A DNA stretch of 53,905 nt, counting the filler, from Sphacelaria rigidula (lineage: Eukaryota), in NCBI GenBank assembly GCA_964200075.2. It is 3 parts of 3 records of this genome, joined end to end, with 100 filler letters (N's around TTAATTAATTAA, not from the genome) between each part and the next. Parts side by side here need not be neighbours in the genome. Positions count along the whole stretch, not along the records: positions 36,008 to 53,905 come from CAXNAA020000969.1; 2 more parts are not named here. One strand, 5' to 3'. The notes under the pieces were generated by a model. It did no database searches and was not told where the DNA came from. It was given only the letters and a program-made list of their open reading frames with translations. Position 1 is the first letter of the stretch. Every line of letters begins with the position of its first letter. Position numbers and translations under genes: made by a program. Of this stretch, positions 48,501 through 53,905 are shown in pieces.

Positions 48501-51402
48501 TTATGGGTAGGTCAAGAGTGGGTTCGATTTTACCCGTTGCGCCAACGTCGCCCATCACTCTGTTTTCGCTGCTCTCTTTTGTTACCACATACATGGAATC
48601 AGTTCACCATTATACCCCTCGAGAATACTCGGAGCGCTGCGACGGCGACCAGGCTACAGCCACGGAGCGCATGCTGTGGGTCTTCGAGATGGAGCTGTGC
48701 TTGCATGGCTTTCGCAAGGCAGTGAATCATTCCGGCTATTCGCACCCATTGTTTAGGAATGGAAAGCCCGATCTGCTGTCCCGAATTCATCGATCGATTG
48801 CGTTCGAGGGTGATGCTGGTATCCGAAGCCCATTTGGGGCACCCTGGAGTAGGGCAACACCTTGCAGGGACTACGGAGATGACTCACCGCCCAAGATAGA
48901 GCCAAAATCTGGCAGGGCGCGGCGGGGCCAGCACGTCATTTTCAAAATGGGTGAAGGGCTGGGGAATAGCCATATGTGGGTGTTGGAGCGGCCTTCGGCA
49001 ACTGAGGCGGCGGAGTTTGTCAGGCAAAGGTGACTCAATATCCACGCGCCTTGGGTGATGGTTTCGTTTCGTTGTGCGTTCAATATGTCCATACCTACCC
49101 TTTTTCACATTGTCTGGTCATGCAGTTGATACTCACACCACACTAGACTTGACATCTGTTGCATCGGAGTAAGGTAGACGAGGCCCATGTACTCTTAATA
49201 TCATATATCGTACGTCCTTCAATCTTTGAAGCGGGAACAGCAAATGGCTGCACCCGACACGTACGAGCAGATGGCCACACATTGCTCCGTTCGGTTGGTC
49301 GTATGCGGAGCATCACCACTCACACTCGCAAAGTTCAGCTGCCACGGTTGTATTTAATCAAACCTGTGTCGTTGAACGTGTTTGCCCCTCCGCAGGTGTA
49401 CCCTTGACGAAGTAGTGGCCATCCTATCGGCACCGCCGGCAGTTGGGGGAGGCTGTAAGGACGCCGGAACTTGCGGGGACAATCCTCTGCCGCACGCCCC
49501 ATGGTGGTACCGAGACCTACGGCCGGACCGACACGATGAGAAACGCCCCCGCACTTCCAGAGTAACGCCAGATGCATCGCCTGCCCGCGGCGCATCGTCC
49601 CCTCCTTCACAAGGACGTCGAGCGCATGCGGCGGGGAAGTGTGAACTGGACTTGTTCGATCGCATGCGGTCCTACAACGTATTCGATTCCCCGTCCATCG
49701 ACGACTTTCGGTCGTCTCTGCAAAAGGTGAGACTGTAAGACTGCTGAAGGAGTTGGGATTTACGGGCTTGTATCGCCTGCTTCACTGGAAAAAAGAGCCA
49801 GGGGTTGGTCTGGGATTTCCGCTATTCCTAGACAGGTCGTAGCGTCGACCGGTAACAGTTCCATCTTGGTTGTGTGTGTTCTCGTTCGATCTCAGGATTT
49901 CCGTTGAGAGTAAGAGGGCGCCGTCGATTGTGCTACAATACACGCACCGACACTTTCGGGTTGTACTTTTCCCATGAACACAGGTGCTCCAACACTTGGG
50001 CTTCCAACTCGAATGTCAGGAAGATAAATTCGGGCGACAGGAGCCGTCGGCGCCTCTACCGCCCCCTGCGATATTTCACACTGCGGCGGGAATGGTTTAT
50101 GGAAGAGCGTCTCCAGCCATGCGATGGGGCGGCACGTCTGCCATGTCCTTTGAAGTGAGCGAACATCCTTGCGATCGAAGTCGCCGATTTATGAAATTTG
50201 TTGTGCATCGAGGACGAGCGACTGGCAATATTTGCCTGCAATCGGACATCGCTGGGGCATGCGTAAGACACGAATGTTTTTCACCATGTATTCAACCGAG
50301 ATTTTTTTTTTGCCGACGCCTTGTGGCTCGGGTTGTGCTGCTGAACACCGACAGAGTTCCCCCCCCCCCTCGCCCCGTCACCGAACACGTATCATTAACC
50401 CTCCCTCCCCTGCCGCGGCTCCACCGATCTGCATCCTTATCAAATTGACTCAACCAGGACTGCTCCACCGATTTCCACGAGAGCCTTCGGCAGCTACCGT
50501 TCAGCTGGCGCTCGTTTTTGTCGAGCATTGTTTCTTGCCTGGGTGCTGTTGCAGATCCCTCTACGAGCTACGCTCAAGGCGACGCTGACGGAAGGCAACG
50601 TGTGTTCGGAAGAGGTGGGGTGTCAATGGCCCAGCTAGAGAGCAGGCATAGGATGGGTGTGGTGGATGTGGGGAACACGCCAGGAGGATCTCGAAAACGA
50701 AAGGTGGGTTGGGCATGATTCAGTACGCGCACGGTAGAGAGAGAGAAACTGCATATTGCAAGCGGTTGCTTCGGTATGTATGCCGGCCTGTACCGAATCT
50801 GGCTCCTGTCAGAATATCTTGCGCGTGTACGCTGTCGTTGCAAAGCCGTAGTGGCTGAGAAATGGATCAGTCATCAGTTGAAAATAAAGCCAGCGCTGTA
50901 TTGAGTCCACGAGATTCAGCCAGGGTTGTGGGCGCGGAGTTGCTGCGAGCCAAGGGCTCGAGATAACAGGTTCCTGTACGGGCCATCCTCCGGAAGTGCT
51001 ACTTTTCTCTCTCTGAACCGTGCTCGCAACGACAGCCAAACCCTGGCTGTGCCACCTCGCCTCTCGCCTTTCTCAACTCCCCTCCCCCCCTCCCTGTGTC
51101 TCCAACTACCACGCGTTGACACATGCTACCACTACACCACCGATGGGCCATAACAACAACAACGTCAACAAAAACAGTGGAACGCCGAGCGGATAGAGAG
51201 CCGAGCATCACTGGAGATCCTGCAGTCTGTCATGAGAGAGACGCTGGGTCTTGATATCACCAGGTCACTTTTGGGAGGTGATGAGGACGATGAGGACAAT
51301 GATGATGAAGAGGCCATGGCGGCAGCTGCGGCAACCCGTGCCATCGGGTCGATGTGTAGAGCACAGTACCAGTCACTTTGGGCAGATACATGTATTGGGT
51401 AA
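45550..51402 (+). CDS. Multi-exon protein with uncharacterised module copy 2 and a divergent HSF-type DNA-binding domain; exons 45550(or 45490)-45630, 46100-46636, ~46975-47856, 48185-48383, 48603-49029, 49396-49726, 49984-50154, 50458-50703, 51178-51402
   Basis: HSF DBD signature FVVDLYNILQQEDSAVISW...AFFIRDPKRFCMDIMPRYF...GFRK...YSHPLFRNGKPDLLSRIHR. All eight introns are GT-AG and phase-consistent to a TAA at 51400-51402. Confidence 0.75.
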
Positions 51403-53905
51403 CCCGAAAGAACCTGGGTGTCGACTCAAGCGTTTAACAAGCGCCACAAAACGCTCAGTTTTGAAGACTAGAACAAAAAAACAGTAGGTTGAATTATACA
51501 AGATACAGTACCAGTATATATGGTGAAAGTTTTCTTGGTGTGACACCTGTTGTTCGATTACATTATTAGGTGTATTTTTTCAGATATTACAAGGGATGTT
51601 GAATACCCTTCTTTGCCTCGCGGCTGCTCTTGTATTCAATTCGTGCCGGAAAGTTAGTGTAGAATGTAGGAGCAGCACACCGTGTTTTCAGGTGAAACAA
51701 ACAAATGTGCAAGTACGCGTGTGTGATCATTGATGGAGGAATAACAGATACAAGCTGTAGAGCGAAGGCGAGTGTTTGTGTGTTTGTATCAATCTGCTTG
51801 TTGAGTCAGGCCGGGGTGAAAATTCATGTACTGTACTTCCTGTATATGGTATATGTGGAGGTGCTACAGTACGACGATAATTCGAAAAGCGTGAAATGGG
51901 CGTGCGTACATGAAATGCGGAGTATGGACAGGGGTGAAAGAGAGCACCCCAGCCATTGTTGCAACACTATGGCAGTGTTGACACGGATGTTGGTGTCATT
52001 GTCGTCGCTTCTGTTGTTTCTTGCTGATGACGAATGATTTGTTTTGACGGTACCCACAATGTTTTCCACATGGTCCATTATCCCCTCTGGGTGTATTCGA
52101 CCTCGTCATCGTACCGGTGCTGGCGTACGAATAATTTAGCGTGTGTTCATGTTTTTTTTGTTGATGTTATTTTTATAGTGTGCGTTGTGTCCCCCTTCTT
52201 GTGTTGGTTCACCATTTTGTTTGGTGAGGCGTGTCTTTCGTGTGAACTAGAATGTAGTGATACCCCCAGTTTTGCCACCGTGCAGTCAGCGGAGGGTGAG
52301 GAACATGAAGTAAGGTAGTGTTAATGTGGCGGAGGGAGAGGAGAGGGTATATTCATTTTCTAGTGCGACATCATATAGCGCAGTTGATTTTTCTGGTTCT
52401 GTAGATGTGGACACGAACGGCTGTGCGAAGAGACGCGAGCATCTGTAATAGTTCGAAGAATATACGTGTGCATGCTGGGTCAACCCCTGATGAAGAGGAG
52501 GCGAGGTGTGTAAGTGCGTAAGTGTTTGTGTAGGGACGATATGTATGTCGAACCCTGGTTCGTTCTACTACCCTTGTACCTATTCCAGGGTTTCTGTAAT
52601 ATGCGTTCAGCACAGTACGGCGATTCCCGTCGACCGGCTGTCGTTTGCGATTTCTTTTACGATCGACGATGCTCGAGTACGAAGCACAATTTTGGCCATA
52701 CGCACGACGCACGAGCCTTCGTACCACTGGTGTCGCGCACACGACGGCCTCATCGTCCTTATTGGCCTTATTGGCCTCATTGCATGCGCTGCGTGGAGGC
52801 GTGGAGGCGTGGAGGGGTGAGGTTGATCGACCTGTTTTGTCGATATTAAGGAGGGAAAAAATATTTTGGATGTATTAATGACGTGTACATGTAGTCTTTA
52901 CGAAAACGATTCCGTGTAAATGTCGAATCGAGTGATCCGTAGAGCTGCGAAAGTGGAGCCTTGGCGTGTGAGAATGGATCCGTACCTGATGCAGGGGTGC
53001 AGACGCGGACAGGGAGTTTCATTTCACGATATGAACCTGTTTGTGCTACTCTTTAGAGTGCTTGGAACTTGTGAAGTACCCAGTTGCAGTGCGTGTTTTG
53101 TTTTCATGGATCGGTACTAACGAATCCAGATACTGTTGTACTGGAGCTATGCTATGCTGTAGAGGATGCGGCTGTAGGTAGCCAAACCCGGTGAGAGACG
53201 ACGACTGTCTATGGTGCTGACACGTTCGGTCGCAAATGTGTATTGTGTGTGTTGTCAGGAGTGAGTGATGATCGGGAAGAGTGGGAGCGTGTGGCGTGAT
53301 GACTACCCTTGCGGTGGCGCGCTCCTTGTGAGTTCGAGCGTTTGAAGTATCAAATTAATAGATAGTGGATGTTGTGCTGTAATCTCCTGTGCCAGAAGTC
53401 TCGGGTAAAATCGGCGGGGACTGTACGCGATTAGGAAAATCCCTGCGAACCAAAAGAGCCCCCGTAGATGCGGTAAGGCATCATGCTTCGCGGTGATTCT
53501 CACCTGCTGGACCCGCCTCCTCTTACCCTTGGCGAAATCATGTCTTGTTAATATATACATACTATTGTATACAGTAGTTAGCGTCTGATATTTTCAAGAT
53601 CCGTAGTTTTTGAATTTTATACTGAAAATAGAGAGAAGTCGTGATTCCGCCGCTTTTTTTCATCATGTTTCAGCCAACATCGCGTGCATGCCAGCAAGGA
53701 TATCTCAGCGTATAATGCTCCCCCTGCGTAAAGAAAGATATCGTGATGACCGCTGTCAAGTGGAGAAGCCGAACATCCGCGTATAACAGGGTCAACTACC
53801 GTGTGTGGTGAACACGGTGGGTGGGAAGAACCCCCACAAATCAGGTGGTACGCTGCGGACTTGAACATGACGGCTGTCAGAAAACACATCGAAGGCGTTG
53901 CATGT

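Noticed and set aside
53300-53905. Possible 3' exons of a minus-strand gene at the right edge
   Set aside because: Splice-like signals exist, but no consistent or recognisable reading frame could be built.

Overview
Eukaryotic, intron-rich genomic DNA of roughly balanced GC content, most consistent with a photosynthetic stramenopile such as a brown alga (inference from gene structure and an ASAFAP-like motif). The window is three contigs of nearly equal, descending length (1-17905, 18006-35907, 36008-53905), joined by artificial 100-bp spacers (N44-TTAATTAATTAA-N44), so adjacency across the spacers should not be trusted. Contig 1 carries a 6-exon octanoyltransferase (LipB), a 4-exon B-type cyclin and, head-to-head with it, exon 1 of GINS Psf2. 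Contig 2 carries a partial exocyst Sec8/EXOC4 gene followed by repeat-rich DNA. Contig 3 has transposon remnants and then the most unusual locus: an uncharacterised ~150-aa domain duplicated as a two-exon module, upstream of an HSF-type DNA-binding domain whose recognition helix has lost the canonical residues. Several MITE-like families and inverted-repeat-bounded 42-43-bp minisatellite elements recur across the contigs. Exon models were built by hand from GT-AG signals and phase consistency; no database searches were run.
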